The notes below the pieces were generated by a model. That model did not search any database, was not told the origin of the DNA, and was given only the letters and a program-made list of their open reading frames with translations. Of a stretch of 32,000 bases of DNA, positions 17,145 through 26,653 are shown in pieces. Origin of the DNA: Promethearchaeum syntrophicum (GTDB taxonomy: Archaea > Asgardarchaeota > Lokiarchaeia > Sigyniarchaeales > Promethearchaeaceae); the NCBI RefSeq assembly GCF_008000775.2, contig NZ_CP042905.2, positions 1,920,001-1,952,000 on the forward strand, given 5' to 3'. The translations under genes and the position numbers were made by a program. Position 1 is the first letter of the stretch. Each line of letters starts with the position of its first letter.

Positions 17145-18731
17145 ATGAAAAAACCCAATGTATTCATTCGAGGAATTTACAGTACAGCTCTTACCAAATT
17201 GTTTATTGATGCAGGATATCCAATAATATTTCCATCAAAAGAAATTCAAACTCGATTTAAAATCCCCTTTCGCCCAATTGATAGTTATAGTAAAGATATT
17301 AGTATCAGGGATCGTCTCGATAAACAAGGCGTAAGTATCATGTTTAAGAAATCAGTATGGAATAAACTAGAAGAAAATAATTTTGAAGATTTTCCGTTAT
17401 GGCAAACGCATAATCCTAATCTTATTGTTTACAATGCTCGATTTCAAAAAAATTCAATATACAGGGGGTTAATAATTAAATCTAATCGTCAAAATAATTT
17501 TTCTTATATCAGATTAGCTCCTGAAGATATCGATAAAGACGGTTTTGAAGAAGAAAGTTCATACAGCACTACGATTGGGAATTATTCTCATTTTATACCT
17601 GATGCAAAAGAAGGGATATTTCAAGTCACCCATGAAGATTCGGGAGTAATTAATCCTTCATTAGGCTCTTTCTTTACAATTCCAGGAGATTTAGTTGTAA
17701 TCGTCCCCTATAATGATAGAGTAATTATCAGTAAAGAAATTATTAATGGAAGGAAAAAGAAATGGTTATTCGATCTCGGAAAAGATATTCAGAGAACAAA
17801 GAAATATGGATTCATTTTTAGAACTGCTGCAGCGCTTGCAAGTGAGAAAGAAATTTTAGAAGAAGTTGATAAATTAGAAGAAGATTTGATTCAAACTCAA
17901 AACACCATCACAAAATATCCTGAAAAAATTGGAGAAATCTTTTCCAACTATCATTCGATAAATGTCATTTTTCCCCGACAGATAAAGAATTCCTTCGATG
18001 ATGTAAGACGACAAATGCTCCCTACCATGGAATCTCATCACATTATTAAAGCTAATCCAAAAATTAACCAATATAAAAGATTTTACAAAACTAAAGATGA
18101 TAAACCTTCTTTTGAGAAAAAAATTCAAGAAAATGAAATTAAATTTACACCTAGCGATCTACTTACATTTACAGAGAATTTAATGTATGGTTTAGATAAA
18201 AGGGCAAATGAAAAAATATGTCGAAATTATTTGAAGCAATATTATAATGATTTTCTAAAACCCCGAAAAATCCTCAATATATTACATCAGAAATTGAATG
18301 GAAAAACAATCAAATTAGCACCAGGAAGTATCCATTCCATTGAATATGAGTCTGGAAGGCCCCACCTTATTGTTCTGAAGCGAAAATTACGAGAAGGTGG
18401 TCTTTATGATGGGCTAAATACTCCGATTGAAATGGGGGATTATGCAATTGGAAAGTATACTATTGGTAATTGGTATTATATGTCAACCTACTATTCTAAG
18501 AAAAATGAGATAAAAGGGCGCTATTATAATATAAATACTCCCATCGAATTATCTCATCAGGGAATTCGCTATATTGATTTGGAGATTGATGTAGTAGAGA
18601 ATATGATTGGAGAAAGGAAAATCATTGATCAAGAATATCTAGATAAAACTTTAAATTTAAACATTATATCACAAGAATTATATGATAAAGCGTTCGGTGT
18701 AGCAGAAAATATATTAGAGGGCAGAATTTAA
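17145..18731 (+). CDS. FAU-1 family protein (RNase E/G-related, DUF402 C-terminus)
   Basis: Begins VFIRGIYSTALTKLFIDAGYPIIFPSKEIQTRF; C-terminal RPHLIVLKRKLREGGLYDGLNTPIEMGDYAIGKYTIGNWYYMSTYYSKKNEIKGRYYNINTPIELSHQGIRYIDLEIDVV matches the DUF402 pattern. Confidence 0.82.
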   Translation: MKKPNVFIRGIYSTALTKLFIDAGYPIIFPSKEIQTRFKIPFRPIDSYSKDISIRDRLDKQGVSIMFKKSVWNKLEENNFEDFPLWQTHNPNLIVYNARFQKNSIYRGLIIKSNRQNNFSYIRLAPEDIDKDGFEEESSYSTTIGNYSHFIPDAKEGIFQVTHEDSGVINPSLGSFFTIPGDLVVIVPYNDRVIISKEIINGRKKKWLFDLGKDIQRTKKYGFIFRTAAALASEKEILEEVDKLEEDLIQTQNTITKYPEKIGEIFSNYHSINVIFPRQIKNSFDDVRRQMLPTMESHHIIKANPKINQYKRFYKTKDDKPSFEKKIQENEIKFTPSDLLTFTENLMYGLDKRANEKICRNYLKQYYNDFLKPRKILNILHQKLNGKTIKLAPGSIHSIEYESGRPHLIVLKRKLREGGLYDGLNTPIEMGDYAIGKYTIGNWYYMSTYYSKKNEIKGRYYNINTPIELSHQGIRYIDLEIDVVENMIGERKIIDQEYLDKTLNLNIISQELYDKAFGVAENILEGRI

Positions 18732-18812
18732 CACATTTTTTTTTTATTCTATTATTTATTAAATCGTTATAGTGTTCTTTTTTAATGGGTTGCAACACAA
18801 TAATCTCACTTA

Positions 18813-21068
18813 ATGGTTTTACACACAATAAGCGATAAGTTGAAATTATTAGGTAATAAGAAAAATTCTAGTATTTTTAAACTTGATATGATTCCAGGTA
18901 TAGGGAAGAAAATCCAAGAAAGACTTAAAAAATTCTATATTACAGAAAGTAATGCTTTAAATGCAATAGAAGCGGGGGTTACGGGTATTGTTCCTGGAAT
19001 TTCGTATAAACAAGCGTTAAAATATGCTCAATATTACTTTCAGATTCATGAAAATATTGTAAAAGAAGATATTTTAGTAACCCAAGATATTAGAGATATT
19101 TATAGTAAAATTATTGATCTTATTTCAGAATATACTCATACAAATTATTCAAAACTTAAGCTACAATTATATTTTCCCCTACCATCAAATAAACTTACTC
19201 TTCTTAAGGAAAGACAAGAATACTTTGGGAAATCTATCGAATTTTATAAAAAATATGTTGAAATTCTAGAAGAAAAAGAACTACCATTGTTTCTATCTAA
19301 ATTGGATGATCTAAAACAAACAGAGGACATTCATAAAATCTCCAATCGACTTATAATAACTGATTCTAAACAAGTTGAGAGATACCTGCAAGAAGAAAAT
19401 ATTGACGATTTCGTTAAGATTGAAATTATTGATTTGAATAAAATTAGTAATTGGGATACATTTTTTAAAGAATATTGTGATAATTTTGATGTGGTTATCT
19501 ATTGTGGCAACCATTCCCATGATTTACCTGCCTTTGGGAATTTAATTTCTTTAAATTCCAAAGAATTTTCAACAGAATCACTAATTCCTGAAAAAATTAT
19601 TAGATTTTTTTCCTTAAATAAATCTCTCATTCATTCTATGATTAAAATCATAGTTATTTTAAAGAACCTCAAAGAAGACCATTTAATTTCCAAATTTTTA
19701 GATATGATTGAGATAAAATCTATCAAAGATCTAAAAGAAAAAACAAAAATTCTAGATGATTTTGGAGAGATTATCCCAGGAATAAATGATGAGCTGGATG
19801 AATTCCGCAGAGTTTCTAAGGATTTCACATCTTTAATACATGAAACTGAAAATCAAATAAATGAAAATATTAAAAAAGAGATTAGCGAGAGATCTATAAA
19901 AATTCAAGGAAAACAGATATTAGATTTAATTCGGACTGATGTAACTCTTGAGAACATTCGTAATTATATTCCCGCTGAAGTTGATGATTTAATTAATGAA
20001 AAGGTCCAAAGTGGTTTACTAAATTTAGAAAAACAGTTAAAATTGAAAAAGCTTGACGGAAATATTGCAGCTAACTTAATGCCTGAGTTAATTGAATTTC
20101 CTATTCAATTAAATGAGAAGGAACTTGATTCATTAGAGAAGAAAATAAATTCGAGATATAACACCGCTAAATATTATGAAATGGTTCGTATAGCAAAAGT
20201 TCTAAGTAAAAATCAAGAATATTTATTAAAACTCCATCAAACTCTACTGGAATTTGATTTTTTCTATGCAATCGGGAATTTTGCCTTCGATTATCATTTA
20301 TCGATTCCAGAATTAGATGAAACAAATCATGGTTTCTATGGGAAAGAATTGATTAATTTAAACCTACAGAAAGCGGCATTGTCTGGAGACATAGATTCTA
20401 TTTCGATTACAGATATTTTTAATCCAGTTCCTATTAATTATCAATTAGGTGATATTGTAGGCTCTTCTTCTCACCATTTATCTAAGGGATCTCTGAATTT
20501 ACTAACTGGAAGCAATTCAGGAGGGAAAACAATGTGTATAATTACCTGTAGTGAAAGTATAATCCTTGCTCAAATGGGGTTTCCTTCCTTAGGTCATTTT
20601 AAATTTCATCCATTTGATGAGATCTATTTCTTTAAAAAATCAAATGGCCAATTAAGTGCAGGAGCTTTTGAAACAACACTTCTTCAATTTGTTCAACTCG
20701 CTCAATCATCAAAACTTAAAGTAGTTTTTGCTGATGAATTAGAATCTATTACAGAACCAAATGCCGCTTCAAAAGTCATTTCTGGAATCTTCTCGCTGTT
20801 TTTAACAAATCCAAATAATTATGGTGTTTTTGTTACCCATTTAGTTGATTTGTTACAACGAGAAATAAATTCTGACCAACGTAAGAATATTAGAATTGAT
20901 GGAATTGAAGCTACTGGGTTGGATAAAAACCTTCAATTAATTGTTGATCGAAGCCCCCGATTTAATTATGTTGCAAAATCAACGCCTGAATTAATATTAA
21001 AACGATTAGCTCAGTCAGGCACATCAGATCAAAGGAAATTTTTCAGTTCTCTCTTAGATAAGTTTTAG
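18813..21068 (+). CDS. archaeal MutS-family ATPase with N-terminal helix-hairpin-helix
   Basis: N-terminal MIPGIGKKIQERLKKF HhH; C-terminal GDIVGSSSHHLSKGSLNLLTGSNSGGKTMCIIT (Walker A), KVVFADELESITEP (Walker B), YGVFVTHL. Confidence 0.85.
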   Translation: MVLHTISDKLKLLGNKKNSSIFKLDMIPGIGKKIQERLKKFYITESNALNAIEAGVTGIVPGISYKQALKYAQYYFQIHENIVKEDILVTQDIRDIYSKIIDLISEYTHTNYSKLKLQLYFPLPSNKLTLLKERQEYFGKSIEFYKKYVEILEEKELPLFLSKLDDLKQTEDIHKISNRLIITDSKQVERYLQEENIDDFVKIEIIDLNKISNWDTFFKEYCDNFDVVIYCGNHSHDLPAFGNLISLNSKEFSTESLIPEKIIRFFSLNKSLIHSMIKIIVILKNLKEDHLISKFLDMIEIKSIKDLKEKTKILDDFGEIIPGINDELDEFRRVSKDFTSLIHETENQINENIKKEISERSIKIQGKQILDLIRTDVTLENIRNYIPAEVDDLINEKVQSGLLNLEKQLKLKKLDGNIAANLMPELIEFPIQLNEKELDSLEKKINSRYNTAKYYEMVRIAKVLSKNQEYLLKLHQTLLEFDFFYAIGNFAFDYHLSIPELDETNHGFYGKELINLNLQKAALSGDIDSISITDIFNPVPINYQLGDIVGSSSHHLSKGSLNLLTGSNSGGKTMCIITCSESIILAQMGFPSLGHFKFHPFDEIYFFKKSNGQLSAGAFETTLLQFVQLAQSSKLKVVFADELESITEPNAASKVISGIFSLFLTNPNNYGVFVTHLVDLLQREINSDQRKNIRIDGIEATGLDKNLQLIVDRSPRFNYVAKSTPELILKRLAQSGTSDQRKFFSSLLDKF

Positions 21069-21089
21069 CAAAAAAAGGGGAAAAAAAAA

Positions 21090-22175
21090 CTAAATTTCAA
21101 TTGGTTTTGTAAGTATTGCTAATAAAGTATTGATAGTTGCCAAAATATCGGAAATTTTTATCATGGCAATTGGGCTGTGAATATATCGTGAAGGTACACT
21201 AATACAACCTGAGGGAATTCCTTTATGCATTGTATGCCACAAACCTGCGTTAGTTCCACCAAAAGCAGGTTGTTTATACTGCCATGAATACCCTAATTCT
21301 TCCGCCCGCATTTTAAAGATTTCAAGAAGTTTTTCATGATAAAGTGTTCTTCTGTCGGCTACTGAGAAAGCGGGACCATGTTCTAACTGCGTAATTTGTT
21401 TATTTAAGGGGACCCCCGGGACATCGGCAGCGATTGTATTTTCAAGAGCAATTCCTATATCTGGATTTAACCCATCAGTAGCCGCTGGGACACCTCTACC
21501 TCCAACTTCTTCACAAACCGTGAAACTATAAAGAATGGTGTTTGGAATTGGTTCCATATCATTAATTAATTTTGATACTTGAAGGGCAACATTACATCCT
21601 GTTCGGTCATCAAACGCTCGCCCCCTCATGAAACCTCCTCCAATATCTGGATTATATTCAAATCGGCCATCCAGGACTGCTCGATTTCCAACAATTATTC
21701 CTAGATTTTTTACTTCTTCTTCATCTTTAGCTCCAATATCAATAAATAAATTTGCGTGATCGGGAGAGATATCTCGTAGTTTGGGATCTGTAATATGAGG
21801 AGGATTCATGCCAATAATACCTGATATAGTTTTTCCAGATTTAGTTTGAATTTTAATATCCGACCCAGGATAAAGTCTTTTATCAATACCACCCAGAGGG
21901 ACAAATCGAAGAAAACCATTTTTTTCAATATAACTAATAAGTAGGCCAACCTCATCCATATGTGCATCAATCATAATTCTCAATCCATCAGGATCTGTTC
22001 CTTTTTTAATTCCTAGAACATTTCCCATCTTGTCCATCCATACATTATCAGCATGCTGTTTCAATTCATTAAAAATAAAAGCACTAACATCATTTTCATG
22101 ACCGCTTACTCCAATTAGAGTTGATAATTTTCGTTGTATTTCTACAACATTTTCAAGAAGGTTGCTTTCACTCAT
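21090..22175 (-). CDS. M42 family metallopeptidase (tetrahedral aminopeptidase/glucanase-type)
   Basis: MIDAHMDEVGLLI, GRAFDDRTGCNVAL, FTVCEEVGGRGVPAA, TIAADVPGVP and a C-terminal HSPIAMI. Confidence 0.95.
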   Translation of the reverse strand: MSESNLLENVVEIQRKLSTLIGVSGHENDVSAFIFNELKQHADNVWMDKMGNVLGIKKGTDPDGLRIMIDAHMDEVGLLISYIEKNGFLRFVPLGGIDKRLYPGSDIKIQTKSGKTISGIIGMNPPHITDPKLRDISPDHANLFIDIGAKDEEEVKNLGIIVGNRAVLDGRFEYNPDIGGGFMRGRAFDDRTGCNVALQVSKLINDMEPIPNTILYSFTVCEEVGGRGVPAATDGLNPDIGIALENTIAADVPGVPLNKQITQLEHGPAFSVADRRTLYHEKLLEIFKMRAEELGYSWQYKQPAFGGTNAGLWHTMHKGIPSGCISVPSRYIHSPIAMIKISDILATINTLLAILTKPIEI

Positions 22176-22242
22176 GATATTTCTTAATTTACCTTAAGTA
22201 ATTAAATTTTTAGGATAAGATTGAATATTTAAGGTAATAATC

Positions 22243-22641
22243 ATGACTAACGCTCCAGATATTGGCAATAAAATAAAAAAAATATATCATTGTCCTATAT
22301 GTAAAAAAACACATGAAATATTTTTTCAATCAGATTTTGCAAATAACCGTTCAAAATACCCCTTCTCTTATGTTTTTCTTCATAAATATGAAAATAGTGA
22401 GAATATTGAAGATAAGGATAAAGAAATTTTGACTACGATTTATGTTGACGCCCAATTAAATATCAGAGGTGTTGAAGCTCTTTTAAATGAAGATGATACG
22501 AATATATTATCAAAAGATATTTCCAAAGAAATAATTGGAAAACTTACTCGTTTCATTCTTGAATTACAAGATGAACACGAAATTTTGATTAAAAAATTTA
22601 ATGACCTTGAAAAGAAATGTGAAGAATTATCAAAACCTTAA
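22243..22641 (+). CDS. hypothetical protein with N-terminal CPxC and C-terminal coiled coil
   Basis: IYHCPICKKTHEIFF; C-terminal helical ELQDEHEILIKKFNDLEKKCEEL. Confidence 0.6.
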   Translation: MTNAPDIGNKIKKIYHCPICKKTHEIFFQSDFANNRSKYPFSYVFLHKYENSENIEDKDKEILTTIYVDAQLNIRGVEALLNEDDTNILSKDISKEIIGKLTRFILELQDEHEILIKKFNDLEKKCEELSKP

Positions 22642-22673
22642 ATTTAAAACTATAAAAAAAAATCAAACATTTC

Positions 22674-23246
22674 TTACATATTTTCAGCAAAAGTTTCTGC
22701 AAAAGAAACAATATCATACCAATTTCTGAAATCATTGATGTTATCTAAATCAAATTTTCCAGGAGTTTCTTTTTTCACAATAGATTTTAATATTTTTTTC
22801 TTTATCGTTCCATGTTTCGATTTTTTTGAGAAATCATAAATTCCACCAAAAGCAGCAGTAATAACTGGGTCCAATCCCAATTTTTGTGCAAAGACATCAA
22901 CATAATCTTTACAAGCTTTAATTATACCTTCATTGTTTTGAGCAGTTCCACAACTAACAAACATTCCTAATTTTATATCTTGTTTTACAATATTCTTTTG
23001 GTAATTCTTAATGAAATTTTTCATCTTAGTAGTCCATTCACCAACTTGAATACCAGACCCGAGAATTATACCCGTATACTCTTTTTCAAAGATTTTCTTG
23101 AAGTCTTCAAAATTATTAACGTTTTCAATTAGAACCTCAAAACCCCTTTGGGTTAGGACTTCTGCAATCTTATCGGCTATTCCAGTCGTACCTCCAAATC
23201 GAGTTCCATATAATAACGCAATTTTTTTCATGGTTAAATAAATCAT
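22674..23246 (-). CDS. flavodoxin-domain protein
   Basis: KKIALLYGTRFGGTTGIADKIAEVLTQRGFEV phosphate loop; GIILGSGIQVGEWTTKMKNFI; VSCGTAQNNEG. Similar to protoporphyrinogen-oxidase-like flavodoxins. Likely start at MKKIALLYG. Confidence 0.85.
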   Translation of the reverse strand: MIYLTMKKIALLYGTRFGGTTGIADKIAEVLTQRGFEVLIENVNNFEDFKKIFEKEYTGIILGSGIQVGEWTTKMKNFIKNYQKNIVKQDIKLGMFVSCGTAQNNEGIIKACKDYVDVFAQKLGLDPVITAAFGGIYDFSKKSKHGTIKKKILKSIVKKETPGKFDLDNINDFRNWYDIVSFAETFAENM

Positions 23247-23331
23247 GTATTGTTAATGAATAATTTTCATTTAGATTAGAAGTAAAAAAAAAATCTGGAC
23301 AATCAAACATAGAGATTTTGAAGTAAATAGA

Positions 23332-24591
23332 TTATTCAACTAATACTTTTTCTATTTGTTCTAAAGCCCAATTTATTTCTTCTTTAGTAATTACTAACGG
23401 AGGGGCAAATCTAATTGTAGTTTTGTGAGTGTCTTTTGCTAAAATACCATTCTCTTTAAATTGTTCAACAAATTGTCTGGCATTCCCGTCGAATTCTATT
23501 GCTATTAATAATCCCCGACCCCGAATATCAATTACTGGCAATTTTGTCTTTTTAGCTGCTATTTTTCGTAAGCCATCCTGGAAATATTTTCCTAATTCAG
23601 TTGCTTTTTCAGCTAATTTCTCACCAATCAGAATATCTAATGCTTTTGATGCGATAGCTGAAGCTAGTGAATTTCCTCCAAATGTCGAACCATGTGTACC
23701 TGGTTTGATAACTTCAGGACCGACAACATCCTTTGTAGTAACTATTGCGGATACGGGATAGATTCCACCACCAAGGGCTTTTCCTAAACAAAACATGTCG
23801 GGTTTTACATCTTCATGATCAACGGCAAAAAGTTTTCCAGCTCGGCATAATCCGGATTGAATTTCGTCAGCGATCATTAATATATTATATTTGGTACATA
23901 TTTCTCGAACTTTTTTATAATATCCTTCTTTGGGAATTTTTACACCTGCTTCGCCTTGGATAGGTTCAAAAAGAAATGCAGCAACATTTTCTGGACCGAG
24001 TTTTAAGATATGATCTTCTAATTCTTGGGCATTTCCATATTCTATAATCTCAAATCCTGGAGTATAAGGACCGAAATTACCATAATAATTTCCGCATTGG
24101 GTATCTGTGCTAAACCCAACGATTGTAATAGTTCTTCCATGGAAATTATCTGCACATACAATAATTTTAGCTTGATCCTTTTTAATACCCTTCTTAATAT
24201 ATCCCCAAGCTCGTGCGACTTTTAAGGCTGTTTCGACAGCCTCTGCTCCAGTATTCATTGGAAGTGCCATTATTCCTGAATTTTTTGAATCGTTAATGTG
24301 AGGTCCAACTATACCACATAGTTTTTTTAAATAAGGTCCCATTTGATCATTGCAAAAAGCGCGTGAAGTTACTGCGACTTTTTTCAATTGTTCTTCTGCC
24401 ACTTTTACTATTTCAGGATGACAATGCCCCATATTTTGGCTGGAATAAGCGGATAAGCAATCTAAATATTTTTTTCCTTCCGGGTCCCAGACCCAACAGC
24501 GTTCTGCTCGTGCAATTACGACTTCTAAGGGATGATAATTGTGAGCCCCATATTCATGGTCCATTTCTACGAATTCTTTTGAAGTTGTCAA
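23332..24591 (-). CDS. rocD: ornithine aminotransferase-like class III PLP aminotransferase
   Basis: YGAHNYHPLEVVIARAERCWVWDPEGKKYLDCLSAYSSQNMGHCHPEIV; MNTGAEAVETALKVARAWGY; NFHGRT; DEIQSGLCRAG; PDMFCLGKALGGGIYPVSA. Confidence 0.93.
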   Translation of the reverse strand: MTTSKEFVEMDHEYGAHNYHPLEVVIARAERCWVWDPEGKKYLDCLSAYSSQNMGHCHPEIVKVAEEQLKKVAVTSRAFCNDQMGPYLKKLCGIVGPHINDSKNSGIMALPMNTGAEAVETALKVARAWGYIKKGIKKDQAKIIVCADNFHGRTITIVGFSTDTQCGNYYGNFGPYTPGFEIIEYGNAQELEDHILKLGPENVAAFLFEPIQGEAGVKIPKEGYYKKVREICTKYNILMIADEIQSGLCRAGKLFAVDHEDVKPDMFCLGKALGGGIYPVSAIVTTKDVVGPEVIKPGTHGSTFGGNSLASAIASKALDILIGEKLAEKATELGKYFQDGLRKIAAKKTKLPVIDIRGRGLLIAIEFDGNARQFVEQFKENGILAKDTHKTTIRFAPPLVITKEEINWALEQIEKVLVE

Positions 24592-24649
24592 TTTTTACAC
24601 CTTTAATTATATTTTTTTTTTTGTAATTGTATTTTTAAAAAACTGGAAG

Positions 24650-25600
24650 TTATTTCTTTCCTTCCATCCACTTCAATAAATTTGGTTGTGATTCATTAAA
24701 CATTTGAGTTCCACTTTTTCCATTTATTGCTTCGATAATTGTATCAATTGAAGTGATTATTGCACGGTCTCCTCCAGACTCAAGAAAATTTACTGCGGCT
24801 TGAACCTTTGGACCCATACTTCCTGCTGGAAATTGACCTTCTTTGAGATATTGTTTTGCTTCACTCAATGTTAGAGAATCGAGTTGTTTTTCATTAGGAG
24901 TATTGAAATTAATTGCCACTTTTTTTACATCGGTGGCAATTATCAAGATATTGGCATGGATTTGCTCTCCTAATTTTGCGCTAGCTAAATCTTTATCAAT
25001 AACCGCTTCAACTCCTTCTAAACTTTTCCCCTTTTTAAATACGGGAATTCCTCCTCCACCACAAGTTATCAAAATAAAATTTTCTTGAATTAATTTATTT
25101 ATTTCTCGATATTGATAGATTTTAAGTGGTTTGGGGGAAGGAACAACTCTTCTCCATCCTTTAGATGTTTTTACAAACCCTGGCTGAGGATCGGGATAAC
25201 TAGGTCCGATTGGCTTCGTAGGGTTTGTGAATGCAGGATCATTTTCATCAACCCGTACATAACAAAGAATTGAGCAGAATAATTTTTCATCATCTAAACC
25301 TAATTTCATTAATTCTTCATCCAAAGTTGATTCAATCATAAATCCAATTTGACCTTGGGATAATGCTCCAAGGAGTCCAAGAGGCATTTGTGGAACTTCA
25401 TCAGTCGCCATTTGTTGTAAGAGCAGATTACCGACTTGTGGACCATTCCCATGGGTAATAACAACATTATATTCTCTAGATAATTCAGCTATTTGCCCAA
25501 TGGGTTTTCGCAAGTTTTCAAATTGCTCTTTTGCTGTACCTCTTTGCCCTTTTTGAATTAATGCATTTCCACCCAGTGCTACGATTATTCTCTGTCTCAT
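24650..25600 (-). CDS. arcC: carbamate kinase
   Basis: RIIVALGGNALIQKGQRGT; YNVVITHGNGPQVGNLLLQ; LITCGGGGIPVFKKG; VIDKDLASAKLGEQIHANILIIATDVKKV; FPAGSMGPKVQAAVNFLESGG. Confidence 0.97.
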   Translation of the reverse strand: MRQRIIVALGGNALIQKGQRGTAKEQFENLRKPIGQIAELSREYNVVITHGNGPQVGNLLLQQMATDEVPQMPLGLLGALSQGQIGFMIESTLDEELMKLGLDDEKLFCSILCYVRVDENDPAFTNPTKPIGPSYPDPQPGFVKTSKGWRRVVPSPKPLKIYQYREINKLIQENFILITCGGGGIPVFKKGKSLEGVEAVIDKDLASAKLGEQIHANILIIATDVKKVAINFNTPNEKQLDSLTLSEAKQYLKEGQFPAGSMGPKVQAAVNFLESGGDRAIITSIDTIIEAINGKSGTQMFNESQPNLLKWMEGKK

Positions 25601-25635
25601 AATTTAGCCTCTTTAGAATTTTTAATTAATTTGAA

Positions 25636-26592
25636 TTAATCCATAATTCCTAAAAGGAATAGGATGATTGCTTTTTGAACATGAAGTCTATTTTCTGCTT
25701 GATCAAATACAATAGATTGAGGTCCATCAATTACTTCAGCTGATTCTTCATATCCACGTTTAGCTGGTAAACAATTCATAAAGACTGCATCAGTCTTAGC
25801 ATTTCCCATTACTTTAGCATTTACTTGAAATGGCATGAATAATTTGACGCGAGTATCTTCTTCATCTTTTGGAATACCGTAGCTCATCCATGAATCTGCA
25901 TATAGAATATCTGCATCTTTAGCAGCTTCCATTGCATCATGAACAACACGGATTACAGATCCGGTTTTCTTTGAAATTTCTGCAATTTCTTCTAAGACTT
26001 CTGCTTCTGGAGAGTATTTTGGATCGTTTGGACAAGCTACATCCATATTCATTCCAAACATTGCGCACATTCTCATTAAATCATAAGTCACATTATTATA
26101 TGAATCCCCAAAGAAAGACAGTTTAAGATTGTCAAAACTCCCCTTTTTTTCCTTTATGGTTTGAAAATCACACAAAATTTGACATGGGTGAGCAAAATCA
26201 TCAAGCATGTTAATAACTGGAACATCTGAGCTTTTTGCAATATCTTGAATTTCTTTTCGTTTGTACACGCGTGCTGAAATTATATCTGCATAACGTGAAG
26301 CACATTTTGCAGTATCCTCTATGGTTTCTTTTACTCCAATGTTAGATCCTTGAATCGAATAAAAGATTGCATGGCCTCCCAATTGAGTCATTCCGGTCTC
26401 AAATGATACACGAGTCCGTAATGAAGGTTTTGCAAAAAACATTAAGAGTGTTCTATACTTCAATTTGGAAGTATATTTAGAATTGAACTTATCAGCTTTC
26501 ATTTTTATTGAATAATCAATAATATTTTCGCACTCTTCTCTAGTAAAATCAGATACTTTTGTTAAGTTTCGAATTTCCATTTTTTCCATCAA
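25636..26592 (-). CDS. ornithine carbamoyltransferase-family protein
   Basis: FFAKPSLRTRVSFETGMTQLGGHA; DDFAHPCQILCDFQTI; FFGDSYNNVTYDLM; DSWMSYG; FMNCLPAKRG. Clear transcarbamylase; exact substrate less certain. Confidence 0.9.
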   Translation of the reverse strand: MMEKMEIRNLTKVSDFTREECENIIDYSIKMKADKFNSKYTSKLKYRTLLMFFAKPSLRTRVSFETGMTQLGGHAIFYSIQGSNIGVKETIEDTAKCASRYADIISARVYKRKEIQDIAKSSDVPVINMLDDFAHPCQILCDFQTIKEKKGSFDNLKLSFFGDSYNNVTYDLMRMCAMFGMNMDVACPNDPKYSPEAEVLEEIAEISKKTGSVIRVVHDAMEAAKDADILYADSWMSYGIPKDEEDTRVKLFMPFQVNAKVMGNAKTDAVFMNCLPAKRGYEESAEVIDGPQSIVFDQAENRLHVQKAIILFLLGIMD

Positions 26593-26653
26593 TCCTTAAT
26601 AGTATATATATTCTGTATAAAAAAAAAAGCAATAAATAATGAATATTTGTTGC

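Noticed and set aside
23429-24626. Several plus-strand ORFs (23429-23761, 23745-23963, 24025-24225, 24363-24626)
   Set aside because: All are antisense to the confidently identified aminotransferase gene.
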